IMG/VR virus record: IMGVR_UViG_3300032260_000010
Coordinates: 1 to 37,203 of that record
Reading direction: 5' to 3' (one strand)
Origin: a virus
Lineage: Duplodnaviria > Caudoviricetes
Length of the DNA: 37,203 nucleotides
Shown here in pieces: positions 1 to 9,581 of this stretch. The stretch's first letter is position 1. Each line of letters begins with the position of its first letter. A model generated the notes under the pieces. The model saw only the letters and a list, made by a program, of their open reading frames with translations, did no database searches and was not told the origin of the DNA. Made by a program: the position numbers and the translations under genes.

Positions 1-1
1 C

Positions 2-433
2 CGAGCGACCTTGGCCGGTGCGAACCTGGCCCGGGCGAACCTGAACCGGGCGGACTTGCCCCGAGCGGATCTGACCGACGCGAACTTGGCCGACGCGAAC
101 CTGGCGGGTGCTGACCTGACCGGAGCGGATCTGACCGGCGCGACCTTGGCCGGTGCGGATCTGACCGACGCGAACTTGGCCGACGCGAACCTGGCGGGAG
201 CGAACCTGACTTGGGGTGACCTGACCCGAGCGAATCTGGTCGGAGCGAACCTGGCCGACGCTGACTTGACAAAAGCGGACCTGACCGGCGCTGCTCTGAC
301 TGGCGCTCATTTGGCTGACGCGTACCTGACCGACGCTATCTTGAACGGTGCGGACCTGGCACACGCGGACCTCTCCGGGGCGGTTGGAGATTCGCCATGT
401 GTGGGATGCGGGGATGCTCCAGCATCGGGTTGA
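2..433 (+). CDS. Pentapeptide-repeat protein (5'-truncated)
   Basis: Continuous A(D/N)Lxx repeats. The frame is open from base 2, so the true start lies outside the window. Confidence 0.9.
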   Translation, partial: RATLAGANLARANLNRADLPRADLTDANLADANLAGADLTGADLTGATLAGADLTDANLADANLAGANLTWGDLTRANLVGANLADADLTKADLTGAALTGAHLADAYLTDAILNGADLAHADLSGAVGDSPCVGCGDAPASG

Positions 434-437
434 CCGC

Positions 438-482
438 AAGTTTGTGGTTGACAGCAGTGCTTGGATGTGGTTGAATTGGTGC
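438..482 (+). promoter_or_regulatory. Repeated promoter/operator element, copy 1
   Basis: TTGACA 448-453, 17 bp spacer, TTGAAT 471-476, ATG at 483. TGTGGTTGA occurs twice, 23 bp apart. Confidence 0.75.
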
Positions 483-794
483 ATGGAAGCAACCACCACC
501 ACCACCACCAACGACATCACGCGTGGAGAGTTGATCGCACTGGCGGTCGAGCACGCGGCCATAGCGGGGGATCACACGCTCACGGTCGACGATCTGTCCG
601 CCGAGGTCGACACGTTCTACCGCATCCCGAAATGTGACTTCGATCCCGCCTGGGTCATCGACCGTCCGATCGTCGAGGTCGAGGTCGGCGGCGAGGTCCT
701 CCTCGCCGAGGGCGCCCCGGAGAACGGCGGCCCCGGCAGGCTGGTGGACGACATCGCCGAGGCCGCCGGCTTCGAGGCGTGGCTTAGCGACTGA
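483..794 (+). CDS. Small acidic hypothetical protein, probably leaderless (MEATTTTTTND...)
   Basis: ATG 6 nt after the putative -10. GC3-rich codons, followed by a hairpin. Confidence 0.75.
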   Translation: MEATTTTTTNDITRGELIALAVEHAAIAGDHTLTVDDLSAEVDTFYRIPKCDFDPAWVIDRPIVEVEVGGEVLLAEGAPENGGPGRLVDDIAEAAGFEAWLSD

Positions 795-803
795 CAGCGG
801 TTT

Positions 804-830
804 GCGGGCCGGGGCTGGACCCCGGCCCGC
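804..830 (+). terminator. Hairpin (putative terminator)
   Basis: GCGGGCCGGGG-CTGGA-CCCCGGCCCGC, a perfect 11-bp stem just after the stop at 794. No U-tract. Confidence 0.55.
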
Positions 831-876
831 CCCCGCACGGGGCCGGCAGTTGTGTGGTTTACCCAGGGAGAACGTG

Positions 877-1278
877 ATGAGTGAGCGAAGTGAAGAGATT
901 GTTTGTGCGCTTGTGGAGCGCTTGGATGAGCTGTTGGAGGAGCGGCGGCGGGAGTCCGGTGGCGGGAGTCCGGCGCTCAGGGTTCTGGCGTTCGAGTTGG
1001 GTGAGGCGGAGGCCACCATCGAGAGTCTTCGTGCCGATCTCGCTTTCGAGCGGGATCACGGGAGCGGTTGCGAGGCTGCCGCGTTGCGCAAGCAGGTCGC
1101 CAATCAGAAGGCCACCATTGCCGAGCTAGGCGCCGAGATCAGGAGGGTGGAGGCGGCACTAGCACGATTGTACGAGTCGGAGGGGCGATATCGGGACCAG
1201 GTGGCGGCGCTCAGAAGCGTCGTCAAGGCAGGCGCTCCGGGCGGGAAGGAAAACGGCCCTGGGGCGCCTGCACCCTGA
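877..1278 (+). CDS. Coiled-coil hypothetical protein
   Basis: GGGAG upstream of ATG 877. Heptad-like L/E/R/A-rich sequence. Confidence 0.65.
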   Translation: MSERSEEIVCALVERLDELLEERRRESGGGSPALRVLAFELGEAEATIESLRADLAFERDHGSGCEAAALRKQVANQKATIAELGAEIRRVEAALARLYESEGRYRDQVAALRSVVKAGAPGGKENGPGAPAP

Positions 1279-1306
1279 GCGGGTGGTTGGCGGGTAGCAT
1301 CGGTGC

Positions 1307-1684
1307 ATGGCTGAAAGTTTCTCGGCGGCTGCCGCTAACGCGATCTTGGACGCGCACATCGCGGCGTTCCCGTGGATCCAGCTGCACACGGGGGCCCCGG
1401 GGGCCGCTGGCACGACCGCTGTCGCTGGGAACGCCACCCGGAAAGACACGACGTCGAGTTGGGCTGCTGCTACCGGTGGCGTCGCGACGTCGGACGTGGT
1501 GATTTCGTGGACCGAGGGCGAGGTCGACACGACCGAGGACTACACCCACTACACCTTGTGGTCCGCTAGCACCGCCGGGAATTTCGGGTCGTCGGGGACG
1601 ATCATCGCGAACAGCGTGAACGCGTCTGGTGACACGTTCGAGATCTCCACCGGGTTCACGCTCACGATGACTATCGCAAGCTAA
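1307..1684 (+). CDS. Putative virion fibre/minor structural protein
   Basis: IQLHTGAPG motif resembles a small structural family of actinophages. TAGCAT at 1295-1300 suggests a leaderless start. Confidence 0.65.
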   Translation: MAESFSAAAANAILDAHIAAFPWIQLHTGAPGAAGTTAVAGNATRKDTTSSWAAATGGVATSDVVISWTEGEVDTTEDYTHYTLWSASTAGNFGSSGTIIANSVNASGDTFEISTGFTLTMTIAS

Positions 1685-1693
1685 GGGCCGGGC

Positions 1694-3109
1694 GTGACCG
1701 TCACGCTCGCAGCGTCCGACTCCGACCAGGGCTCGGGGCAACGCACCCTCGACCTGACCGGGGTGGCCGAAGGCGACCTCATCATCGTGATCGGGGTCCA
1801 TCGCACTTCGACCCAGTCGACCACCCTTAGCGGGACCGGGTGGACCGAGACGCTCGTCGAGACTGAGATCTCGGATGGCGATTGGCGCCGTGCGATCGTC
1901 GTGGCGTGGAAGATCGCCGATGCCAGCCCGGCCACGTCGTACACGTTCCAGTGGTCGGGTTCTCCGACCACTGTCGCGCTCGGCATGGTGTTCCACGACT
2001 CGTTGGGTGGGACATGGGGTTCTGACGGGGTCGACCAGGCCGACAACGGGACCACCGAGGGGCAGTCGATTGCGGCTCCGACCGGTGATGCGAACGCCAA
2101 TGCCGACGGGGTCGCGATCGGCGCGATCGTGCTGAAGTCGGGTGAGCCGGACCCTGCGACCGAGGTCGACCCAGACGCCGGCTACACCACCGGGCCCGGC
2201 GACCGATCAGGCACAGGGCAGTTCGACCTCGAGGGTGTCTCCGCCTACGAAATTTTGACGGCGACGGGGACACAGACGACTGGGTTCGATTGGTCGGATT
2301 CGGCGGTCGATACGGTCGCTACTTTGCAGACGCAGGTCTGGTCGCTCACGCCTTCGGGGGTGACTGGCACCGCGGCGGGGGTCCTCGGCGGTGTGACCGG
2401 GTCGGGGTCCGGGGTCCGTGGCGTGACCGGCACCGCGGCGGGTGTGCTCGGCGGGGTGACCGGGGATGCCGCTGGTGTCCGTGCAGGTTCGGGTTTGGCG
2501 GCGGGTGTTTTCGGCGGGGTGACCGGGTCGGGGTCCGGGGTTCGTGGTGTGACCGGCGCGGCGGCGGGCGCGTTCGGTGGGGTGACCGGGTCGGCTGCGG
2601 GTGTGAGGTTCGGGCCGGGGGTTGGGGCGGGTGTCCTCGGTGGGGTGGCCGGGGAAGCGGCGGGGGTGAGGCGGGGCCTTGCCGCCGGGGCCGGTGTTCT
2701 TGGTGGTGTTTCGGGTGTGGCGCCTGGTGTCCGGGGTGTGGCCGGGACGGCGTCGGGCGTGTTCGGTGGGGTGGCGGGCGCCGCGGTTGGGGTGAGGTTC
2801 GGGCCGGGTTCGGCGTCGGGTGTGCTTGGCGGGGTGGCGGGCGCCGGCTCCGGTGTGAGGTCTGTTATCGGGTCGGGCGCTGGTGTGTTCGGCGGGCTGG
2901 TCGGGGCGGGCGCGGGTGTTCGTGGTGTGGCCGGAGCGGCTGCCGGTGTGTTCGGCGGGCTGGTCGGCGTGGCGGCAGGGGCGGCGGGGCAAGAACCGGC
3001 ATCGGTCACCGCTGTCGTGACCTCCGCCGGGCAGGTCGCGAGAGTGACATCCGCCGGCGTCGAGGCGGCGGTGTCGTCTGCCGGGGTCCGAGCACGCGTA
3101 TCCTCATGA
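1694..3109 (+). CDS. Putative virion fibre protein with C-terminal Gly/Ala/Val 21-aa repeats
   Basis: Beta-rich Thr/Asp N-terminal domain followed by ten 21-aa repeats. Confidence 0.65.
   Translation: MTVTLAASDSDQGSGQRTLDLTGVAEGDLIIVIGVHRTSTQSTTLSGTGWTETLVETEISDGDWRRAIVVAWKIADASPATSYTFQWSGSPTTVALGMVFHDSLGGTWGSDGVDQADNGTTEGQSIAAPTGDANANADGVAIGAIVLKSGEPDPATEVDPDAGYTTGPGDRSGTGQFDLEGVSAYEILTATGTQTTGFDWSDSAVDTVATLQTQVWSLTPSGVTGTAAGVLGGVTGSGSGVRGVTGTAAGVLGGVTGDAAGVRAGSGLAAGVFGGVTGSGSGVRGVTGAAAGAFGGVTGSAAGVRFGPGVGAGVLGGVAGEAAGVRRGLAAGAGVLGGVSGVAPGVRGVAGTASGVFGGVAGAAVGVRFGPGSASGVLGGVAGAGSGVRSVIGSGAGVFGGLVGAGAGVRGVAGAAAGVFGGLVGVAAGAAGQEPASVTAVVTSAGQVARVTSAGVEAAVSSAGVRARVSS
2357..2986 (+). repeat. Ten degenerate 63-bp coding tandem repeats
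   Basis: Unit GVTGTAAGVLGGVTGSGSGVR and variants, counted in the translation. Confidence 0.85.
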
Positions 3110-3285
3110 CCATGGACGACCTGACCGAAAGGCTTATCCCCGACCATGTGGAGATGAAGTTCTCGACCGAGTTAATCCGACAGATGGGCGACGAGTGGAG
3201 CGGACCGGTGCAAATCAAGGTTTACAAAGGCCACGGCGGGTGGCAGTTGGTCACGCGACATGCGGATTGCTGTGATGGCAGCTGA
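3106..3285 (+). CDS. Small hypothetical protein (59 aa)
   Basis: ATGA overlap with the upstream stop. Begins MTMDDLTERLIPDH. Confidence 0.55.
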   Translation: MTMDDLTERLIPDHVEMKFSTELIRQMGDEWSGPVQIKVYKGHGGWQLVTRHADCCDGS

Positions 3286-3381
3286 TGAAAGTCTTTGGTG
3301 TTGTGTCGGGCTGGACTCGGGATGTTTCTGCCCGCCCGGGTGCGACTGCCGATGCGACTTGTGCGTTTGCGACGGCGGCTG

Positions 3382-3723
3382 ATGGCTGCTGATCCGACAT
3401 TCACGAGACACGACATGGAGATCTCCGCGGGCGACGACATCGATATCGAGGTGACAATCCAGACGAAGGCCGGTGTGGCCATCGATGTCACCGGGTGGAC
3501 GTTCTTGTTGCAGATGCGGCGGGCGGGGGTGCTGGTAGCGACGGGGGCTGCGGCGATCGTGACCGCCGTCGCCGGGACCGTGTCGATCGCGTTCGACTCG
3601 GCCGACACCACCGGGTTGGCAGGGGCGTACGACTGGGAGCTTCAGGTCACGTCTTCCGGCGGGCGGGTGTCGTCACCGATGCGTGGCGTGGTCCGCGTCC
3701 GGACCGACGTCGCGTTCGTCTGA
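3382..3723 (+). CDS. Putative fibre-attachment/BppU-N-terminal-like structural protein
   Basis: AGDD...IDVTGW...GAYDWELQVT...MRGVVRV pattern typical of this small beta-sandwich family. Confidence 0.55.
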   Translation: MAADPTFTRHDMEISAGDDIDIEVTIQTKAGVAIDVTGWTFLLQMRRAGVLVATGAAAIVTAVAGTVSIAFDSADTTGLAGAYDWELQVTSSGGRVSSPMRGVVRVRTDVAFV

Positions 3724-4181
3724 TGGGCAACCGCCCGAAGAACCCGGAGCTGCGTGAGGGGCACGCGAACGAGGGGACCACCCTCGACCGGGCGAAACCC
3801 TCCGGGCGGACCGTGAAAGCGAAAGCGCCCCGTTGCCCTGCGACGATCACATCGAAAGCGGGGCGGAAGATGTGGAGAGAGATCTGGGCGCTCGGCGCGT
3901 CGGTCTACATCGAAGGCCGAGATCGGATCGTGATCACCAGGTATGTCGAGCTGCAAGAACGGCGGACCGAGCTCGTCGAAGCGATTGGGGAGTGGACATC
4001 GGTCGGGTCGAACGGGCAGATCGTGCTCCACCCGCTGGCGAGGATGCTGACAACGCTCGAGCAGCAGCTGGTCCCGCTCGAAGACCGGCTCGGCCTGTCA
4101 CCCGAAGCGGGGCTCCGGTTGGGGATCACAGCGGTCGAGCATCAAAGCAAGCTGCAGGCGTTCATCAAGGGGGACACGTGA
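3723..4181 (+). CDS. Terminase small subunit (P27-like)
   Basis: MGNRPK N-terminus, GSNGQIVLHP and LGLSPEAG motifs, upstream of TerL. Confidence 0.85.
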   Translation: MGNRPKNPELREGHANEGTTLDRAKPSGRTVKAKAPRCPATITSKAGRKMWREIWALGASVYIEGRDRIVITRYVELQERRTELVEAIGEWTSVGSNGQIVLHPLARMLTTLEQQLVPLEDRLGLSPEAGLRLGITAVEHQSKLQAFIKGDT

Positions 4182-4399
4182 GCGTGAGCGAGGTCCATAA
4201 GATGGCGGTGCTTGGGTGGCGTGGCCGGACCGCCGTGTTCGGATGCGGCCAATGCGGGCGCCTCGTCGAGGTCGACACGGGGGCTCCGCGCCACTGGGGG
4301 GACACGGGCACGATGACCGTCGTTGACGAGGGCTGGGCCCCGGACGCGTCCCACCATGGTTCCGCAATCCAGGGGATCGACGTCGATGACCAGGACTGA
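4178..4399 (+). CDS. Small hypothetical protein with CxxC
   Basis: GTGA overlap with the TerS stop. Contains CGQC. Confidence 0.5.
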   Translation: MSVSEVHKMAVLGWRGRTAVFGCGQCGRLVEVDTGAPRHWGDTGTMTVVDEGWAPDASHHGSAIQGIDVDDQD

Positions 4400-5831
4400 C
4401 GGGCCGCGCGTCGCCCAGTTCTTCCGGACGTTTCTCACGCTGAACGGTTCGTACGCCGGGCGCCCGTTCGAGCCGCTCCCATGGGTCGAGGAGATCCTCA
4501 ATGAGATCTACGAGCTCGACGAGAACGGCCGCCGCCGTGTCCGCACCTATCTGCTCGGCGTCCCCCGGAAGTCGGCTAAGAGCACGATCGCGGCGGGTAT
4601 CGGCGTGTATCAGCTGATAGCTGATCAGACCGACCAGGCCCCGCAGATCGTCGGGGCGGCGGGGGACCGTGCCCAAGCGAGGCTGGTGTTTGATATGGCC
4701 GCCGGGATGATCCAGGCGTCGCCGGATCTCTCCGAGGTGTGCACCGTTCAACGGAACGTGATCCGCAACGACGAGACGGGCGGGACCTACCGGGTCGTGA
4801 GCGCCGATGCGGGGTTGGCGCACGGGTTGAATCCGTCGACGACGATCGTGGATGAATATCATGTGCATCGCACCGCGGATTTGTTCGTGGCGCTCACTTC
4901 GGGTTCGGCGATGCGGGACCAGCCGCTCACCCTGGTGATCTCGACGGCGGGCCATGACCTCGAATCACCGCTCGGTCTGATGTACCGCTACGGGCGGCAG
5001 GTCGAGGCGGGCGAGATCGACGATCCGAGTTTCGGGTTCAGGTGGTACGGGCCGCCCGAGGGCGCGGACGTCGACCCCGACGATGAGGCGGTGTGGGCCG
5101 AGTACAACCCGTCGTTTGCTCTGATGAACTTGGCCGAGTTCCGGTCGGCGCGGCTGCACATGCCCGAGTCGGAGTTCGTTCGCTACCGGTTGAACGGGTG
5201 GACTACGACAGCGGACGCGTGGTTTCCCGCTGGGGTGTGGGACCGGCTCACCGACGGCTCGAAGGGGCTTGAGGCTGGGGACCGGGTTGTGGTCGGGTTC
5301 GACGGCAGCTTTGGTGGTGACGCCACCGCCCTCGTGGCCGTGCGGATCGCAGATCTGCACGTCGAGCGGGTCGGCCTGTGGGAACGGCCCGACGGCGATC
5401 GTGGGAAAGGGTGGCGGGTTCCGGTCGCTGAGGTCGAGGAACGCATACGCGAGATCTGCTCGTGGCTCACGGTGCAGGAGGTTGTCGCGGACCCCTACTT
5501 CTTCCAGGTCTCCTTGCAGAAGCTTGAGGAGGAGGGGTTCCCGATCGTGGAGTTCCCCACGAACGGGATCAGGATGGCGGGGCCGACGAAGACGTTTTTT
5601 GATGCGGTGATGGACGGCGAGCTCACCCACAACGGTGACCCGGCGATGGCGCGCCATGTCGCGAACACCCAACTCAAACAGGACGCGAGAGGGTCGAGGA
5701 TCGGGAAGGAACACAAGTCCTCGACCCGTCACATCGACTTGACGGTCGCGGCGGTGATCGCGGTGGCTAGGGCGCGGGCGTGGCGTGAGCAGGAACCCGA
5801 ACGCGAGCCGACGATCATGGTCCTCCGGTGA
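4386..5831 (+). CDS. Terminase large subunit
   Basis: Walker A PRKSAKST, Walker B IVDEYH, ISTAG motif, and a nuclease domain with GFDGS and HIDL. Confidence 0.95.
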   Translation: MTRTDGPRVAQFFRTFLTLNGSYAGRPFEPLPWVEEILNEIYELDENGRRRVRTYLLGVPRKSAKSTIAAGIGVYQLIADQTDQAPQIVGAAGDRAQARLVFDMAAGMIQASPDLSEVCTVQRNVIRNDETGGTYRVVSADAGLAHGLNPSTTIVDEYHVHRTADLFVALTSGSAMRDQPLTLVISTAGHDLESPLGLMYRYGRQVEAGEIDDPSFGFRWYGPPEGADVDPDDEAVWAEYNPSFALMNLAEFRSARLHMPESEFVRYRLNGWTTTADAWFPAGVWDRLTDGSKGLEAGDRVVVGFDGSFGGDATALVAVRIADLHVERVGLWERPDGDRGKGWRVPVAEVEERIREICSWLTVQEVVADPYFFQVSLQKLEEEGFPIVEFPTNGIRMAGPTKTFFDAVMDGELTHNGDPAMARHVANTQLKQDARGSRIGKEHKSSTRHIDLTVAAVIAVARARAWREQEPEREPTIMVLR

Positions 5832-6001
5832 CAGCGTTGGTCGTCGCCGCGGTGGTGGCCGGCGCTGGTCTGATCGTCGCTGGTGTGGCTATGGTGTCGG
5901 TCCCCGCTGCTATGGTCGTCGCCGGTTTGATGTTGTTGCGTGTCGGGTGGACCGCCGCGGACGGCTACCGGGGGGTAACCTCAGATCATGCCGGCGGCTG
6001 A
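5828..6001 (+). CDS. Small two-TM membrane protein (57 aa; not in ORF track)
   Basis: Translated by hand: VTALVVAAVVAGAGLIVAGVAMVSVPAAMVVAGLMLL. GTGA overlap. This is a usual position between TerL and portal. Confidence 0.7.
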   Translation: MTALVVAAVVAGAGLIVAGVAMVSVPAAMVVAGLMLLRVGWTAADGYRGVTSDHAGG

Positions 6002-7208
6002 TTTCCTCTCACGCGTCCTTGATGTGCGTGGTGTGGCGCGTGCAGCTGGCGACCCGATCACCCCCGATAGCTTCGGGCGCGGTCTCGACCTTTTCGGGAG
6101 GCGCACGAAGTCGGGTGTGTCGGTCACCGAAGAGAACGCGATCGGGATCTCGACCGTGTTCATCTGCGCGAGGATCATCAACGACATGGTCTCGACGCTC
6201 CCTTCGGGGACGTTCCGGAGGCGTGGCGGGTTCCGTGAGGAGATCCCCACACCGCCGTGGATCTCCTCACCCGGCAGGCTGACCCAGGTGCAGCTCATCG
6301 GGCAGGTCATCATGAGCCTGTTGCTGTGGGGGAACGGTTTCGTGATCACACTCCGACAGGGTGGGCGGATCATCGGGCTCGACGTGCTCGACCCGGCGAA
6401 GGTCACCGTGAACGGGGACGGCACTTTCACCGTGCAACTCGGCGACGGGACCACGGCCACGGTCGGCCCGGAGACCATCGCTCACATCACATGGCTCATG
6501 CTCCCCGGCCGCAACATGGGGCTGTCGCCGGTCGGGGCTATGCGCGAAACACTCGGCCTAGCGAAAGCGTCCACGGCGTACGGGGCCAGCTTCTTCGGGT
6601 CGGGAGCGGTCCCAGGCGCAGTCATTTCGTCGCCGTCGTCGATGTCTGATACCGCCGCCCGGCTGTTCATCGACACCTGGAAGTCGCTGCATCAGGGTGT
6701 CGATAACGCTCAGTCGGTCGCTTTGTTGACTGAGGGAGCAACGCTCGACACGGTTTCGATCTCGGCGAAAGACTCGCAGTTCCTCGAGACGAGACGGTTC
6801 GGTGCGGCGGAGATCGGCGCCATGTACGGGGTCCCCCTGTGGATGCTGAACATGGAGGGCCCCCAGTTCGGGGACACCATCAGCGAGCAGGGGACCGCGC
6901 TGGTGACGCACACCGCCCGCCCGCATATCGTCCGCCTCGACGCGCTGTTCACCCGGCTGATGATGACCGACGGGCACGGCCCGGACGAGTTCTTCAAGCT
7001 TGTCGTTGACGGGTTGATGCGCGGCGATTTCACGCAAAGGTTCGCGACGTACAATTCCGGGATCACGGTCGGGATGCTCACGATCAACGAAGCGCGTGCG
7101 CTCGAAGACATGCCACCCGTACCGTGGGGCGACGCACCGATATCCGTCCAAGTTCAAGAGGGCGCCGGCGGCGACCCCGAACCCGAAGATGAGGAGATCA
7201 CCGAATGA
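5988..7208 (+). CDS. Portal protein, HK97 family
   Basis: LLWGNGF, GLSPV, DSQFLETR, YGVP and TINEARALEDMPP motifs. Confidence 0.95.
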   Translation: MPAADFLSRVLDVRGVARAAGDPITPDSFGRGLDLFGRRTKSGVSVTEENAIGISTVFICARIINDMVSTLPSGTFRRRGGFREEIPTPPWISSPGRLTQVQLIGQVIMSLLLWGNGFVITLRQGGRIIGLDVLDPAKVTVNGDGTFTVQLGDGTTATVGPETIAHITWLMLPGRNMGLSPVGAMRETLGLAKASTAYGASFFGSGAVPGAVISSPSSMSDTAARLFIDTWKSLHQGVDNAQSVALLTEGATLDTVSISAKDSQFLETRRFGAAEIGAMYGVPLWMLNMEGPQFGDTISEQGTALVTHTARPHIVRLDALFTRLMMTDGHGPDEFFKLVVDGLMRGDFTQRFATYNSGITVGMLTINEARALEDMPPVPWGDAPISVQVQEGAGGDPEPEDEEITE

Positions 7209-7846
7209 CCCAGTGGCCGATCTACCGTGCCGGCGAAGACGACGACATTGAGGCCGACGGCCGGAAGCTGTCCGGTTTCGCCGCCCGTTTCGACAGGGTT
7301 TACGACCTCGGGCCGTGGACCGAACGCGTGCACCGCTCGGCGTTCAACAAGACGATCCAGGAGCAGGACGTCGGAGCGCTGTTCAACCATGACCAGAACC
7401 GGCCGCTCGGGCGCATGAGCAACGGGACGCTTCGGCTGAACGCCACGAGCACCGGCCTCCGCTACGAGATCGACCTGCCCGACACCCCCCTCGGCGACGA
7501 GATCCGGACCTTGGTGGACCGCGGCGACCTCGGCGGCTCGTCGTTCGCCGGCCGCGTCATGGAGTCCTCGTTCGACGAGAGCCAGGACCCACCGGTCGAA
7601 ACGCTCCGGCAGGTCTCGCTCCGCGATGTCGGCCCGGTCATGTTCCCCGCCTACGACGGCACAACCCCCCAGATGAGGGCCGAACGCCTCGAAGTGTTGG
7701 CACGCGACCTCGGTGTCCCGCTCGACGTGATCACCCGCGCCGCGAACGAAGGCGGCCTGTCCGATATCCTCGGGGGTAAGCCGCCGGCCGATCGGACACC
7801 CGCACCCGCGAAGGGTCGCAGAAAGTTCGATCACCTGGCCCGCTGA
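7205..7846 (+). CDS. Prohead (capsid maturation) protease, HK97 family
   Basis: GFAARF, LFNHD, GSSF and PAYDGT motifs. Synteny. Confidence 0.92.
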   Translation: MTQWPIYRAGEDDDIEADGRKLSGFAARFDRVYDLGPWTERVHRSAFNKTIQEQDVGALFNHDQNRPLGRMSNGTLRLNATSTGLRYEIDLPDTPLGDEIRTLVDRGDLGGSSFAGRVMESSFDESQDPPVETLRQVSLRDVGPVMFPAYDGTTPQMRAERLEVLARDLGVPLDVITRAANEGGLSDILGGKPPADRTPAPAKGRRKFDHLAR

Positions 7847-7902
7847 CACGGCCGCACACGCACCGTTTCGGAACCTGACCAAGGACCTGAACGGGAGCAA
7901 CC

Positions 7903-9156
7903 ATGTCGCATCTGCGGCTCAAGAAACGAATGGATGAGCGGCTGAAGGCGCAACTAGCGTTGCGTGCGCTCTACGACACCGCCGGCGACGCCGAGCTGAC
8001 CGAAGACCAGAAGGCCACCGAGGCCACGCTGTCTGAGACGATCACTCGGGCGCAGGACGACGAGGTCGCCGCGCTCGAAGAGATCGAACGCCAGGCGAAA
8101 CTCGACGAAATGTACGAGAAGACCGGGCTCGGCCGGGCCAGTGCAGGTGGTGAAGACGCCACCCGAGACGGCGACGAGGATGACCAGCCGACCGTCGACC
8201 GGAAGTTCCGCGAGATCCTCCGGGCCGTGGGTCTCGGCGAAGCGGCCGGTGTCCAGCGTGTCGACTTCGGTGCGGGGTTCGACATCCAGCGTGACGACGT
8301 CGCGCTCGTGGCGGGTACCGCCACGGATGGTGCGGAGCTAGTCGAAACCGAGCTCTCGCGCACCCTCGTCGATTATCTCCAGGAGTCGATCGGTGCGATG
8401 CGGGCTGGGGCCCGGATCATTCCGACGACCAGCGGGAACCCGATCACGATCCCGACCGTTGTGTCGCATTCGACGATCGCTGTCGAGGGTGAAACGGACA
8501 CGATCGCACGGTCCGCCCCCCAATTCGGCACGGTGAGTCTGGGGGCGTTCAAGTACGCGGTGCTCGTCCAGGCGTCTCGGGAGCTGCTCGAGGATGCGGC
8601 GTTCCCGATCGTCCCGTTCGTGATCGAGCAGGCAACCGAAGAGATCGGCCGCCAAGCCGGCACCGATTTCATCACCGGTGCCGGGACCACCGTTCCGTTC
8701 GGGATCGACACCGCTACCACGAACACCGCGACATCCGCTGCGGTCGACACCTGGACTGCGGACGAGCTGATCGACGCGTTCCACGGGATCGTCGGCCGGT
8801 ACCGCACCAGCGCGAGCTGGATCTTTCGGGATTCGACGGTGCAGGACATCCGCAAGAAGAAAGACAGCTCGGGGCAGTACCTTTGGCAGCCGGGCCTTAC
8901 CGCCGGGGTGCCGGACATGCTGCTCGGCCGCCCGGTCGTGACCGATAACGCGGTCGCCGCGTTGGGCACCGGGAACGCGTCGCTCATCTTCGGGGACCTC
9001 CGCCGTGCTTACGCGATCCGCACGGTAAACGGGCTCGATATCGCGAGGTCCGACGACTTCGCGTTTGACACGGACCTCGTGACCTGGCGGTTCGTCGCCA
9101 GGATGGACGGGAACCTGATCGACGAGCGGGCCGTCATCATTGGGAGTAACGCCTGA
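7903..9156 (+). CDS. Major capsid protein, HK97 fold
   Basis: Coiled-coil delta domain, SRELLEDA, KDSSGQYLWQP, LLGRPV, FGDL and RMDG motifs. Confidence 0.95.
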   Translation: MSHLRLKKRMDERLKAQLALRALYDTAGDAELTEDQKATEATLSETITRAQDDEVAALEEIERQAKLDEMYEKTGLGRASAGGEDATRDGDEDDQPTVDRKFREILRAVGLGEAAGVQRVDFGAGFDIQRDDVALVAGTATDGAELVETELSRTLVDYLQESIGAMRAGARIIPTTSGNPITIPTVVSHSTIAVEGETDTIARSAPQFGTVSLGAFKYAVLVQASRELLEDAAFPIVPFVIEQATEEIGRQAGTDFITGAGTTVPFGIDTATTNTATSAAVDTWTADELIDAFHGIVGRYRTSASWIFRDSTVQDIRKKKDSSGQYLWQPGLTAGVPDMLLGRPVVTDNAVAALGTGNASLIFGDLRRAYAIRTVNGLDIARSDDFAFDTDLVTWRFVARMDGNLIDERAVIIGSNA

Positions 9157-9581
9157 TGGGCGCCCGATCCGACACGACCTACCCGGCGAACCGGACGTTC
9201 GTCGACCGTGACGGGACGATGCACGTCGAAGGTGTCACCTACGATGTCGTCACCCACACCACGAGTGCGACACTCACCGAGGACGACTCGGGCAAGATCC
9301 ATATCGCCGCCGCGGTTGACCTTGTGTTCACGCTCCCGGCCACCCAGGCCGGCCTCGTGTTCCAGTTCGTCGTGGGCACCGTGTCCGCTACGACCGGCGC
9401 GAGCATTTCGCCGGCCGCCGCGGATCAGATCATCGGGAACGGGTTCACCGCCGCCGATGACAAGGACGCGATCAACACCGCAGCGACCGACGCCGCAGGC
9501 GACGCGATGACTGTCGTCGGTAACGGCACGACCGGCTGGCTCATCACGAACACCGTCGGAACCTGGGCACGCGAAGCCTGA
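9156..9581 (+). CDS. Putative capsid decoration/structural protein
   Basis: Immediately after the capsid gene. Thr/Ala-rich, with a TLPA..AGL.F motif. Confidence 0.55.
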   Translation: MGARSDTTYPANRTFVDRDGTMHVEGVTYDVVTHTTSATLTEDDSGKIHIAAAVDLVFTLPATQAGLVFQFVVGTVSATTGASISPAAADQIIGNGFTAADDKDAINTAATDAAGDAMTVVGNGTTGWLITNTVGTWAREA

